This document shows, one piece after another, positions 7,147 to 14,317 of a stretch of DNA of 24,355 nt. The DNA is taken from the UHGV virus genome UHGV-0230427; one strand, written 5' to 3'. The notes beneath the pieces were generated by a model. That model made no database searches. It was given only the letters and a program-made list of their open reading frames with translations, and was not told the origin of the DNA. Position 1 is the stretch's first letter. Each line of letters begins with the position of its first letter. The stretch is from a virus. The position numbers and the translations under genes were made by a program.

Positions 7147-7861
7147 GTTAATAAATGGCAATGCCATCAAAATGACAAGCATTGAAATCGCTGAGTTGGT
7201 GGGTAAGCGTCATGACAATGTGAAACGTACCATCGAAACGCTGGCTAAAAATGGTGTTATCCGGCTTCCTCAAATTGAGGATTGTGGAAGAATCAATGGG
7301 TTAGGCTTAAATCAAAGTTTTTGTGTGTATGTATTCGAAGGCGAACAAGGAAAGCGAGACAGTATTGTCGTTGTAGCCCAGTTGTCGCCGGAATTCACCG
7401 CTCGCCTTGTTGACCGCTGGCGAGAGCTTGAAGAAGCTGCGGTTAATATCCCCAAAACGCTACCGGAAGCGTTGCGCCTTGCTGCTGACCTTGCTGAGCA
7501 GAAAATGCAACTGGAAAACCAGCTCGCAATTGCCGCACCTAAAGTTGAGTTTGCCGATCGCGTTGGCGAGGCCAGTGGAATTTTGATTGGAAACTTTGCA
7601 AAGGTTGTTGGAATTGGTCCAAACAAACTGTTTGCGTGGATGCGCGATCACAAAATCCTTATTGCTTCAGGTTCCCGGCGCAATGTGCCAATGCAGGAAT
7701 ATATGGATCGCGGCTATTTCGCAGTGAAAGAAACAGCGGTCAACACAAATCACGGAATACAGATATCGTTCACCACAAAAATCACCGGGCGTGGTCAACA
7801 GTGGCTGACCAGAAAGCTGCTCGATAACGGAATGCTGAAAGTAACCGGGGAGGCTGCTTAA
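7139..7861 (+). CDS. Rha-family phage regulatory protein / KilAC-type antirepressor-like protein
   Basis: 240-aa ORF; N-terminus (MTSIEIAELVGKRHDNVKRTIETL) resembles the Rha HTH region, C-terminal half resembles antirepressor KilA-C/ANT-type domains (from recall, unverified); sits where lambda has ninG. Confidence 0.75.
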   Translation: MNELINGNAIKMTSIEIAELVGKRHDNVKRTIETLAKNGVIRLPQIEDCGRINGLGLNQSFCVYVFEGEQGKRDSIVVVAQLSPEFTARLVDRWRELEEAAVNIPKTLPEALRLAADLAEQKMQLENQLAIAAPKVEFADRVGEASGILIGNFAKVVGIGPNKLFAWMRDHKILIASGSRRNVPMQEYMDRGYFAVKETAVNTNHGIQISFTTKITGRGQQWLTRKLLDNGMLKVTGEAA

Positions 7862-8151
7862 TGGCTAACCTACGCAAAGAAGCACGCGGCAGAGAATGCC
7901 AGGTACGTATTTACGGCGTATGCAATGGTAATCCTGAAACTACAGTTCTGGCACATTACCGGATGGCTGGAATTTGCGGAGCGGGAATGAAGCCTGACGA
8001 CCTGATCGGCGCATGGGCTTGTAGCGCGTGTCACGATGAAATCGACCGACGCACAATGATTCTCGACAACAAAGACACCAGACTTTACCACCTCGAAGGC
8101 GTGATCAGGACGCAGGCGATACTGCTGAAGGAGGGGAAGATTAAGTCATGA
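7861..8151 (+). CDS. NinX/YbcO-like small Cys-rich protein (DUF1364-type, putative nuclease)
   Basis: 96-aa ORF overlapping the upstream stop; paired Cys/His motifs (CQVRIYGVCNG...HYR...CSACHDEID); family assignment from recall, moderate. Confidence 0.7.
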   Translation: MANLRKEARGRECQVRIYGVCNGNPETTVLAHYRMAGICGAGMKPDDLIGAWACSACHDEIDRRTMILDNKDTRLYHLEGVIRTQAILLKEGKIKS

Positions 8152-8510
8152 ACGAATATCAGTTTGTGCTTCCATACCCGCCGTCGGTGAACACCTACTG
8201 GCGAAGACGGGGAAGCCAATACTACATCAGCGATAAAGGCCAGAAATACCGAAAAGACGTTCAGCAAATCATCCGCCAACTCAAGTTAGACATTTTCACC
8301 AAATCACGACTCCGTATCAAAGTCATCGCAGACGTTCCAGACTCCCGCCGCCGCGACCTCGACAACATCCTGAAAGGTTTACTCGACTCCCTTATCCACG
8401 CCGGATTTGCGGAAGACGACGAGCAATTCGATGACATTCGCGTAATTCGCGGTGTGAAAGTACCAGGTGGGAGGCTTGGAATAAAAATCACCGAACTGGA
8501 GAACGTATGA
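8148..8510 (+). CDS. rusA: RusA Holliday-junction resolvase
   Basis: 120-aa ORF with recalled RusA hallmarks (LPYPPSVNTYW..., DVPDSRRRDLDNILKGLLDSL, GGRLGIKITEL). Confidence 0.85.
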   Translation: MNEYQFVLPYPPSVNTYWRRRGSQYYISDKGQKYRKDVQQIIRQLKLDIFTKSRLRIKVIADVPDSRRRDLDNILKGLLDSLIHAGFAEDDEQFDDIRVIRGVKVPGGRLGIKITELENV

Positions 8511-8695
8511 ACGCCACAATTCAAACGATACCAGAGCTTCTTATCCAGACACGAGGCAATCAGACCGAAGTGGCGAGGATGCTTTCCTGCGCAAGAGGAA
8601 CAGTGCTCAAGTACAACCGAGACAGCAAAGGCGAGCGTCACGTAATAGTTAACGGCGTCCTGATGGTCAAACAGGGCAAAAGGGGAAGGCCATGA
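8507..8695 (+). CDS. ninH: NinH
   Basis: 62-aa ORF; KTIPELL...GNQTEVARML.C.RGTV.KY...VNGVLMV pattern matches recalled lambda NinH. Confidence 0.8.
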   Translation: MNATIQTIPELLIQTRGNQTEVARMLSCARGTVLKYNRDSKGERHVIVNGVLMVKQGKRGRP

Positions 8696-9315
8696 GACTC
8701 GAAAGCGTAGCTAAATTTCATTCGCCAAAAAGCCCGATGATGAGCGACTCACCACGGGCTACGGCTTCTGACTCTCTTTCCGGTACTGATGTGATGGCTG
8801 CTATGGGGATGGCGCAATCACAAGCCGGATTCGGAATGGCTGCATTCTGCGGTAAGCATGAACTCAGCCAGAACGACAAACAAAAGGCTATCAACTATCT
8901 GATGCAATTTGCACACAAGGTATCGGGGAAATACCGTGGCGTTGCAAAGCTTGAAGGAAATACTAAGGCAAAGGTACTGCAAGTGCTCGCAACATTCGCT
9001 TATGCGGATTATTGCCGTAGTGCCGCGACGCCGGGCGCAAGATGCAGAGATTGTCACGGTACAGGCCGTGCGGTTGATATAGCAAAAACAGAGCAGTGGG
9101 GGAGAGTTGTTGAGAAAGAATGCGGAAGATGCAAAGGTGTCGGCTATTCAAAGATGCCAGCAAGCGCCGCATATCGCGCTGTGACGATGCTAATCCCAAA
9201 CCTTACCCAACCCACCTGGTCACGCACTGTTAAGCCGCTGTATGACGCTCTGGTGGTGCAATGCCACAAGGAAGAGTCAATCGCAGACAGCATTTTGAAT
9301 GCGGTCACACGTTAG
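8692..9315 (+). CDS. Q: Late-gene antiterminator Q (lambda type)
   Basis: 207-aa protein matching recalled lambda Q essentially throughout (MRLESVAKFHSPKSPMMSDSPRATASDSLSG...), including the zinc-binding CRDCHGTG...CGRCKG motifs. Confidence 0.95.
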   Translation: MRLESVAKFHSPKSPMMSDSPRATASDSLSGTDVMAAMGMAQSQAGFGMAAFCGKHELSQNDKQKAINYLMQFAHKVSGKYRGVAKLEGNTKAKVLQVLATFAYADYCRSAATPGARCRDCHGTGRAVDIAKTEQWGRVVEKECGRCKGVGYSKMPASAAYRAVTMLIPNLTQPTWSRTVKPLYDALVVQCHKEESIADSILNAVTR

Positions 9316-9357
9316 CAGCATGATTGCCACGGATGGCAACATATTAACGGCATGATA

Positions 9358-9392
9358 TTGACTTTTTGAATAAAGTTGGGTAAATTTGACTC
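9358..9392 (+). promoter_or_regulatory. Late promoter PR' with overlapping qut site
   Basis: -35 TTGACT (9358-9363), 17-bp spacer, -10 TAAATT (9381-9386); the stretch is the same as recalled lambda PR'/qut; 42 nt downstream of the Q stop. Confidence 0.75.
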
Positions 9393-9420
9393 AACGATGG
9401 ATAAATGCACTCGTTAAATA

Positions 9421-9452
9421 AAGCCCTGAGTTAATAGCTCGGGGCTTTTTGC
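9421..9452 (+). terminator. tR'-like Rho-independent terminator for a short PR' transcript
   Basis: GC-rich hairpin GCCCTGAG / CTCGGGGC (one G-U position) followed by TTTTTGCGTTTT, about 30-60 nt after the expected PR' start. Confidence 0.55.
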
Positions 9453-9748
9453 GTTTTAATCACGACCTTTCTGAAAGCACATCAAACCAAATACCAGACA
9501 GACAAAAATAATCACCTTATCCGCTGTGGCTACGGTGCGGTGTGCTTTGCATAAAAGAAAACCAGCGCAATGGCTGGCTTCGTGAAAGCGGGTGGCAAGA
9601 GGTTGCGCTAACAACCTCCTGCCGTTTTGCCCGTGCATATCGGTCACGAACAAATCTGATTACTAAACACAGTAGCCTGGATTTGTTCTATCAGTAACCG
9701 ACCATATTCCTAATTAAATAGAGCAAATCCCCTTATTGGGGGTAAGAC

Positions 9749-10072
9749 ATGAAGATGCCAGAAAAAAATGACCTGTTAGCCGCCATTCTCGCGGCAAAGG
9801 AACAAGGCATCGGGGCAATCCTTGCGTTTGCAATGGCGTACCTTCGCGGCAGATATAATGGCGGTGCGTTTACAAAAACAGTAATCGACGCAACGATGTG
9901 CGCCATTATCGCCTGGTTCATTCGTGACCTTCTCGACTTCGCCGGACTAAGTAGCAATCTCGCTTATATAACGAGCGTGTTCATCGGCTACATCGGTACT
10001 GACTCGATTGGTTCGCTTATCAAACGCTTCGCTGCTAAAAAAGCCGGAGTAGAAGATGGTGGAAATCAATAA
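9749..10072 (+). CDS. S: Holin S (dual-start S107/S105 type)
   Basis: 107-aa protein matching recalled lambda S, including the Met1-Lys2-Met3 dual-start motif and transmembrane segments. Confidence 0.95.
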   Translation: MKMPEKNDLLAAILAAKEQGIGAILAFAMAYLRGRYNGGAFTKTVIDATMCAIIAWFIRDLLDFAGLSSNLAYITSVFIGYIGTDSIGSLIKRFAAKKAGVEDGGNQ

Positions 10073-10532
10073 TCAACGTAAGGCGTTCCTCGATATGCTG
10101 GCGTGGTCAGAGGGAACTGATAACGGACGGCAGAAAACCAGAAATCATGGTTATGACGTCATTGTAGGCGGAGAGCTATTTACTGATTACTCCGATCACC
10201 CTCGCAAACTTGTCACGCTAAACCCCAAACTCAAATCAACAGCCGCCGGACGTTACCAACTTCTTTCCCGTTGGTGGGATGCCTATCGTAAGCAGCTTGG
10301 CCTGAAAGACTTCTCTCCGAAAAGCCAGGACGCTGTGGCACTGCAACAGATTAAAGAGCGTGGCGCTTTACCGATGATTGATCGCGGTGATATCCGTCAG
10401 GCTATCGACCGTTGCAGCAATATCTGGGCTTCACTGCCGGGGGCTGGTTACGGTCAGTTCGAGCATAAGGTTGACAGCCTGATTGCAAAATTCAAAGAAG
10501 CTGGCGGAACGGTCAGAGAGATTGAGGTATGA
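10056..10532 (+). CDS. R: Endolysin R (lytic transglycosylase)
   Basis: 158-aa protein matching recalled lambda R ([51 protein letters not shown]...). Confidence 0.95.
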   Translation: MVEINNQRKAFLDMLAWSEGTDNGRQKTRNHGYDVIVGGELFTDYSDHPRKLVTLNPKLKSTAAGRYQLLSRWWDAYRKQLGLKDFSPKSQDAVALQQIKERGALPMIDRGDIRQAIDRCSNIWASLPGAGYGQFEHKVDSLIAKFKEAGGTVREIEV

Positions 10533-10966
10533 GCAGAGTCACCGCGATTATCTCCGCTCTGGTTATCTGCATCATCGTCTGTCTGTCATGGGCTGTTAAT
10601 CATTACCGTGATAACGCCATCGCCTACAAAGACCAGCGCGATAAAGCCACGTACATCATCGCTGACATGCAGAAGCGTCAACGTGATGTAGCAGAACTCG
10701 ACGCCAGATATACAAAGGAGCTTGCTGATGCTAACGCGACTATCGAAAGTCTCCGTGATGATGTTTCTGCTGGGCGTAAGCGGCTGCAAGTCGCCGCCAC
10801 CTGTACAAAATCAACGACCGGAGCCAGCAGCATGGGCGATGGAGAAAGCCCAAGACTTACAGCAGATGCTGAACTCAATTATTACCGTCTCCGAAGTGGA
10901 ATCGACAGGATAACCGCGCAGGTTAACTACCTGCAGGAATACATCAGGACGCAATGCCTGAAATGA
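10529..10966 (+). CDS. Rz: Spanin inner-membrane subunit Rz (i-spanin)
   Basis: 145-aa ORF overlapping the R stop; N-terminal TM segment plus coiled-coil; N-terminal ~40 aa match recalled lambda Rz, the remainder is diverged. Confidence 0.9.
   Translation: MSRVTAIISALVICIIVCLSWAVNHYRDNAIAYKDQRDKATYIIADMQKRQRDVAELDARYTKELADANATIESLRDDVSAGRKRLQVAATCTKSTTGASSMGDGESPRLTADAELNYYRLRSGIDRITAQVNYLQEYIRTQCLK
10722..10913 (+). CDS. Rz1: Spanin outer-membrane lipoprotein subunit Rz1 (o-spanin), embedded in Rz in the +1 frame
   Basis: 63-aa ORF wholly inside Rz; signal peptide with lipobox (LLGVSGC) and Pro-rich mature part, as in lambda Rz1. Confidence 0.75.
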   Translation: MLMLTRLSKVSVMMFLLGVSGCKSPPPVQNQRPEPAAWAMEKAQDLQQMLNSIITVSEVESTG

Positions 10967-11002
10967 TCGGGCGATGAAAACCAAAAAAAACAGGAGCAAT
11001 AC

Positions 11003-11278
11003 ATGACTAAGCTTTATCACCGCATCTCAACTTTTCTCTCTGGTTGCTGGGCGTTTATCACGTCTATTTCGTTCGCCATCTTTAGTTTCGGTAGCACAAC
11101 GTGCTCGCTTAGTCGGGGTCTGTGGCGTGCTATTTCAGCACTAGCGCCGAAATTTTTACCTGAAAAGGCTGTTTGGCGAATTGTAGAGCGAATGTGTAGT
11201 GAGAGCGTTCGCGAGAAGATTAACGTATTTGGACGTCATCCTCGAAATACAGGCGCATTGTGCAGTCCGTTACTGTAG
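11003..11278 (+). CDS. Hypothetical small hydrophobic protein
   Basis: 91-aa ORF with AGGAG RBS (10992-10996) 6 nt before the ATG; hydrophobic N-terminal half; no homolog recognised. Confidence 0.45.
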   Translation: MTKLYHRISTFLSGCWAFITSISFAIFSFGSTTCSLSRGLWRAISALAPKFLPEKAVWRIVERMCSESVREKINVFGRHPRNTGALCSPLL

Positions 11279-11572
11279 TCATTACAAAGCCCATCTACGG
11301 GTGGGCTTGATAATGAAACCAGAATTTATTCTGGGAAACCAGTTACGGCAGTACAGCGAAACAACCCAAGCCAGAAAGTGGGGAAATAACACTGGCAGCC
11401 ACTGAAAGATGAACCTCCTGCCTTATGGCAAAAAAGATTCTTTGTGGTGGCGGACTGATGGAAAGACATCGGTTATTGCAGAGGCCATTCAATGAGTGGT
11501 CTCGACAATGGCTTATACCCTACACGGGATAACTTAACTGATATCCCTTTTAACGGATAAACGGAGCCAACA

Positions 11573-11815
11573 ATGGCAGAGATTATTCCCATGACTGAAG
11601 AACAGAAATTCCAGTTAGAGATTTACAAGCTGGTCATGAACCAGAACGCAGCCGCAGAAGAAGCATTTCAATTCATCGGCACTGACGAACTGAAGCTTGA
11701 GTTATTCAAAATTCACTTCCAGTCAGGCGGCGCTAATTCAGATATCACGATCCGCACATTCGAAGCAGTGCGTAAATCGAAGGAAGCGTTAGACCTGTTC
11801 ACCGCTGGAGTGTGA
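11573..11815 (+). CDS. Hypothetical protein (first gene of a small-ORF cassette upstream of terminase)
   Basis: 80-aa ORF with ACGGAG RBS; stop 1 nt before the next ORF's ATG; no homolog recognised. Confidence 0.6.
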   Translation: MAEIIPMTEEQKFQLEIYKLVMNQNAAAEEAFQFIGTDELKLELFKIHFQSGGANSDITIRTFEAVRKSKEALDLFTAGV

Positions 11816-11816
11816 T

Positions 11817-12206
11817 ATGGCTAAGGCCAAATGGCACAAACTCCCGGCGTTCACCATTCCGCTGTTTCAAAGTGCACACGTCTACCTCGCAACAACCAGA
11901 GAACAGTTTCAGCACGCTGATAAATTCCTTGGCGGCAGCGGGGATGAGAAGCCATTCAATCTTGGGCTTGCAAGCAACTATGAAAACACTGATACGGGTG
12001 AGCGATGCTATCTGATTGGAGTATTCGATCAGCAGATCGCTACGCTCGTTCATGAGTGCGCCCACGTCTGCTTTTACGTTTGCTCTGATGTCGGCGTGAC
12101 GACAAGCCCTGAAGATGCCAACGAGACGTACTGTTACATGCTGGACAGGATGGTTAATCACTTCCTGCCATTCATTCAGGAGAAACAAGATGTATCACTG
12201 GAATAA
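11817..12206 (+). CDS. Hypothetical protein with HExxH zinc-metallopeptidase-like motif (SprT/ImmA-like signature)
   Basis: 129-aa ORF with GGAG RBS; motif ATLVHECAHVCF contains a canonical HExxH embedded in a hydrophobic helix-like context; several further Cys/His/Asp/Glu residues downstream. Family not identified. Confidence 0.65.
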   Translation: MAKAKWHKLPAFTIPLFQSAHVYLATTREQFQHADKFLGGSGDEKPFNLGLASNYENTDTGERCYLIGVFDQQIATLVHECAHVCFYVCSDVGVTTSPEDANETYCYMLDRMVNHFLPFIQEKQDVSLE

Positions 12207-12384
12207 TCAATCCCCTTATTGCCAATGCCAACGCTGCCCGTGCTGCGGGAAGATTGTTAACCAATTTACTGGCAACAATTTCTTCAAGACTGGTTATGGA
12301 TATGGTGTTGCGGGTAGCATTAATTGCTCTGGGGCTGCTGCTGAAACGACATCAAACACAGGCAAGCAGGAAGGAGCTAAGTAA
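12190..12384 (+). CDS. Hypothetical small Cys-rich protein (possible zinc ribbon)
   Basis: 64-aa ORF with AGGAG RBS (12178-12182) 7 nt before the ATG at 12190; CQCQRCPCCGK cluster; overlaps the end of the upstream ORF by 17 nt. The ORF track's longer version (12115) lacks an RBS. Confidence 0.5.
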   Translation: MYHWNNQSPYCQCQRCPCCGKIVNQFTGNNFFKTGYGYGVAGSINCSGAAAETTSNTGKQEGAK

Positions 12385-12473
12385 TGGTAATCAAAGTTTG
12401 TTCAGGCTCTCAGGGCTTCGACAACCCATCCAAATTCCGCGATGAATGGGATAAGCAAGCAGAAGGGAAATAA
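12384..12473 (+). CDS. Possible 29-aa micro-ORF
   Basis: Hand-translated MVIKVCSGSQGFDNPSKFRDEWDKQAEGK; strong AGGAAGGAG RBS (12368-12376) 7 nt upstream; start overlaps the upstream stop (TAATG); ends 5 nt before the small terminase ATG. Too short for the ORF track. Confidence 0.3.
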   Translation: MVIKVCSGSQGFDNPSKFRDEWDKQAEGK

Positions 12474-12478
12474 TCAAT

Positions 12479-12904
12479 ATGGCGACTGAGAAAAAGAAAG
12501 GTGGTCGCCCCTCTGATTATATGCCGGAGGTGGCTAATGACATTTGCGCATTGCTTTCCTCCGGTGAGAGTCTGCGCAAAGTTTGCGAACGCCCAGGAAT
12601 GCCGAGCAAAACATCAGTTTTTCGCTGGCTGGCTGAACATCAGGAGTTTCGTGACCAGTACGCGAAGGCAACAGAGACTCGGGCCGACTCTATTTTCGAA
12701 GAGATATTCGAAATTGCTGACGACGTAATCCCTGATGCCGCCGAGGTGGCAAAGGCAAGACTTCGCGTTGATACCCGCAAATGGGCGCTGGCCAGAATGA
12801 ATCCCCGTAAGTATGGCGACAAGGTAACTAATGAGCTTGTCGGCAAAGACGGAGGCGCAATTCAGATTGAAACATCACCGATGAGCACTCTATTCGGAAA
12901 ATGA
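12479..12904 (+). CDS. Terminase small subunit (Sf6 gp1-like)
   Basis: 141-aa ORF immediately upstream of and overlapping the large terminase; N-terminal HTH-like region; resembles recalled Sf6-type TerS. Confidence 0.8.
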   Translation: MATEKKKGGRPSDYMPEVANDICALLSSGESLRKVCERPGMPSKTSVFRWLAEHQEFRDQYAKATETRADSIFEEIFEIADDVIPDAAEVAKARLRVDTRKWALARMNPRKYGDKVTNELVGKDGGAIQIETSPMSTLFGK

Positions 12905-14316
12905 CCTCGATTAATCCTATCTTTGAACCGTTCATTGAGGCGCATCGCTACAAAGTCGCCAAAGGCGGTCGAGGTAGCGGTAAGTCATGGGCAATTGCTA
13001 GGCTGCTTGTTGAAGCGGCGCGTCGGCAGCCTGTGCGTATTCTCTGCGCTCGTGAACTGCAAAACAGTATCAGCGATTCGGTAATCCGGTTGCTTGAAGA
13101 TACCATCGAGCGGGAAGGGTATTCGGCTGAGTTTGAAATTCAGCGTTCCATGATTCGTCATCTCGGAACGAATGCTGAGTTCATGTTCTACGGCATCAAA
13201 AACAACCCGACGAAGATTAAATCGCTCGAAGGCATTGATATCTGCTGGGTGGAAGAAGCGGAAGCGGTAACGAAGGAATCATGGGATATCCTGATACCAA
13301 CCATCCGCAAGCCGTTCTCTGAAATATGGGTGAGCTTTAACCCGAAGAACATACTCGACGATACCTATCAGCGATTCGTTGTAAATCCTCCCGATGATAT
13401 TTGTCTGCTGACGGTGAACTACACCGACAACCCGCACTTTCCTGAAGTTCTCCGTCTGGAGATGGAAGAGTGTAAACGCAGAAACCCGACACTGTATCGT
13501 CACATCTGGCTTGGTGAGCCAGTGAGCGCAAGTGATATGGCAATCATCAAACGTGAATGGCTTGAAGCTGCAACCGATGCGCACAAGAAACTCGGATGGA
13601 AAGCGAAAGGCGCGGTTGTTTCTGCACATGACCCGTCAGATACAGGGCCAGATGCTAAAGGTTACGCATCGCGTCACGGTTCGGTGGTTAAGCGCATTGC
13701 CGAAGGTCTGCTGATGGACATCAACGATGGTGCTGACTGGGCTACTTCGCTGGCAATTGAAGACGGCGCTGACCATTACCTGTGGGATGGTGATGGTGTT
13801 GGTGCCGGGCTACGCAGACAGACAACGGAAGCGTTCTCCGGCAAGAAAATCACCGCCACGATGTTCAAGGGCAGCGAATCGCCATTCGATGAAGATGCAC
13901 CGTATCAGGCCGGAGCATGGGCTGATGAAGTCGTACAGGGCGACAACGTTCGCACTATTGGCGATGTATTCCGCAATAAGCGAGCGCAATTCTATTACGC
14001 GCTGGCTGACAGGCTTTATCTGACATATCGGGCGGTTGTCCACGGTGAGTATGCAGACCCCGACGACATGCTGAGTTTCGACAAAGAAGCGATAGGCGAG
14101 AAGATGCTGGAGAAGCTGTTTGCAGAACTGACGCAGATTCAGCGCAAATTCAATAACAACGGGAAGCTGGAGCTTATGACTAAGGTCGAAATGAAGCAGA
14201 AGCTCGGTATTCCATCTCCTAACCTGGCTGATGCGCTGATGATGTGTATGCATTGCCCGGAGTCGGCTGCGCAACCCGACTATTCCAGTTACTCAATTCC
14301 TTGTGGTGTAGGTTGA
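12901..14316 (+). CDS. Terminase large subunit
   Basis: 471-aa ORF; Walker A-like motif (VAKGGRGSGKSWA) near the N-terminus, acidic nuclease-domain residues C-terminally; ATGA overlap with TerS. Confidence 0.95.
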   Translation: MTSINPIFEPFIEAHRYKVAKGGRGSGKSWAIARLLVEAARRQPVRILCARELQNSISDSVIRLLEDTIEREGYSAEFEIQRSMIRHLGTNAEFMFYGIKNNPTKIKSLEGIDICWVEEAEAVTKESWDILIPTIRKPFSEIWVSFNPKNILDDTYQRFVVNPPDDICLLTVNYTDNPHFPEVLRLEMEECKRRNPTLYRHIWLGEPVSASDMAIIKREWLEAATDAHKKLGWKAKGAVVSAHDPSDTGPDAKGYASRHGSVVKRIAEGLLMDINDGADWATSLAIEDGADHYLWDGDGVGAGLRRQTTEAFSGKKITATMFKGSESPFDEDAPYQAGAWADEVVQGDNVRTIGDVFRNKRAQFYYALADRLYLTYRAVVHGEYADPDDMLSFDKEAIGEKMLEKLFAELTQIQRKFNNNGKLELMTKVEMKQKLGIPSPNLADALMMCMHCPESAAQPDYSSYSIPCGVG

Positions 14317-14317
14317 T

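Noticed and set aside
11199-11405. 68-aa ORF overlapping the end of the 91-aa ORF and the hairpin
   Set aside because: No RBS, crosses a stable hairpin, different frame from the better-supported 11003-11278 ORF; a shorter internal ATG at 11313 (30 aa) has only a weak RBS.
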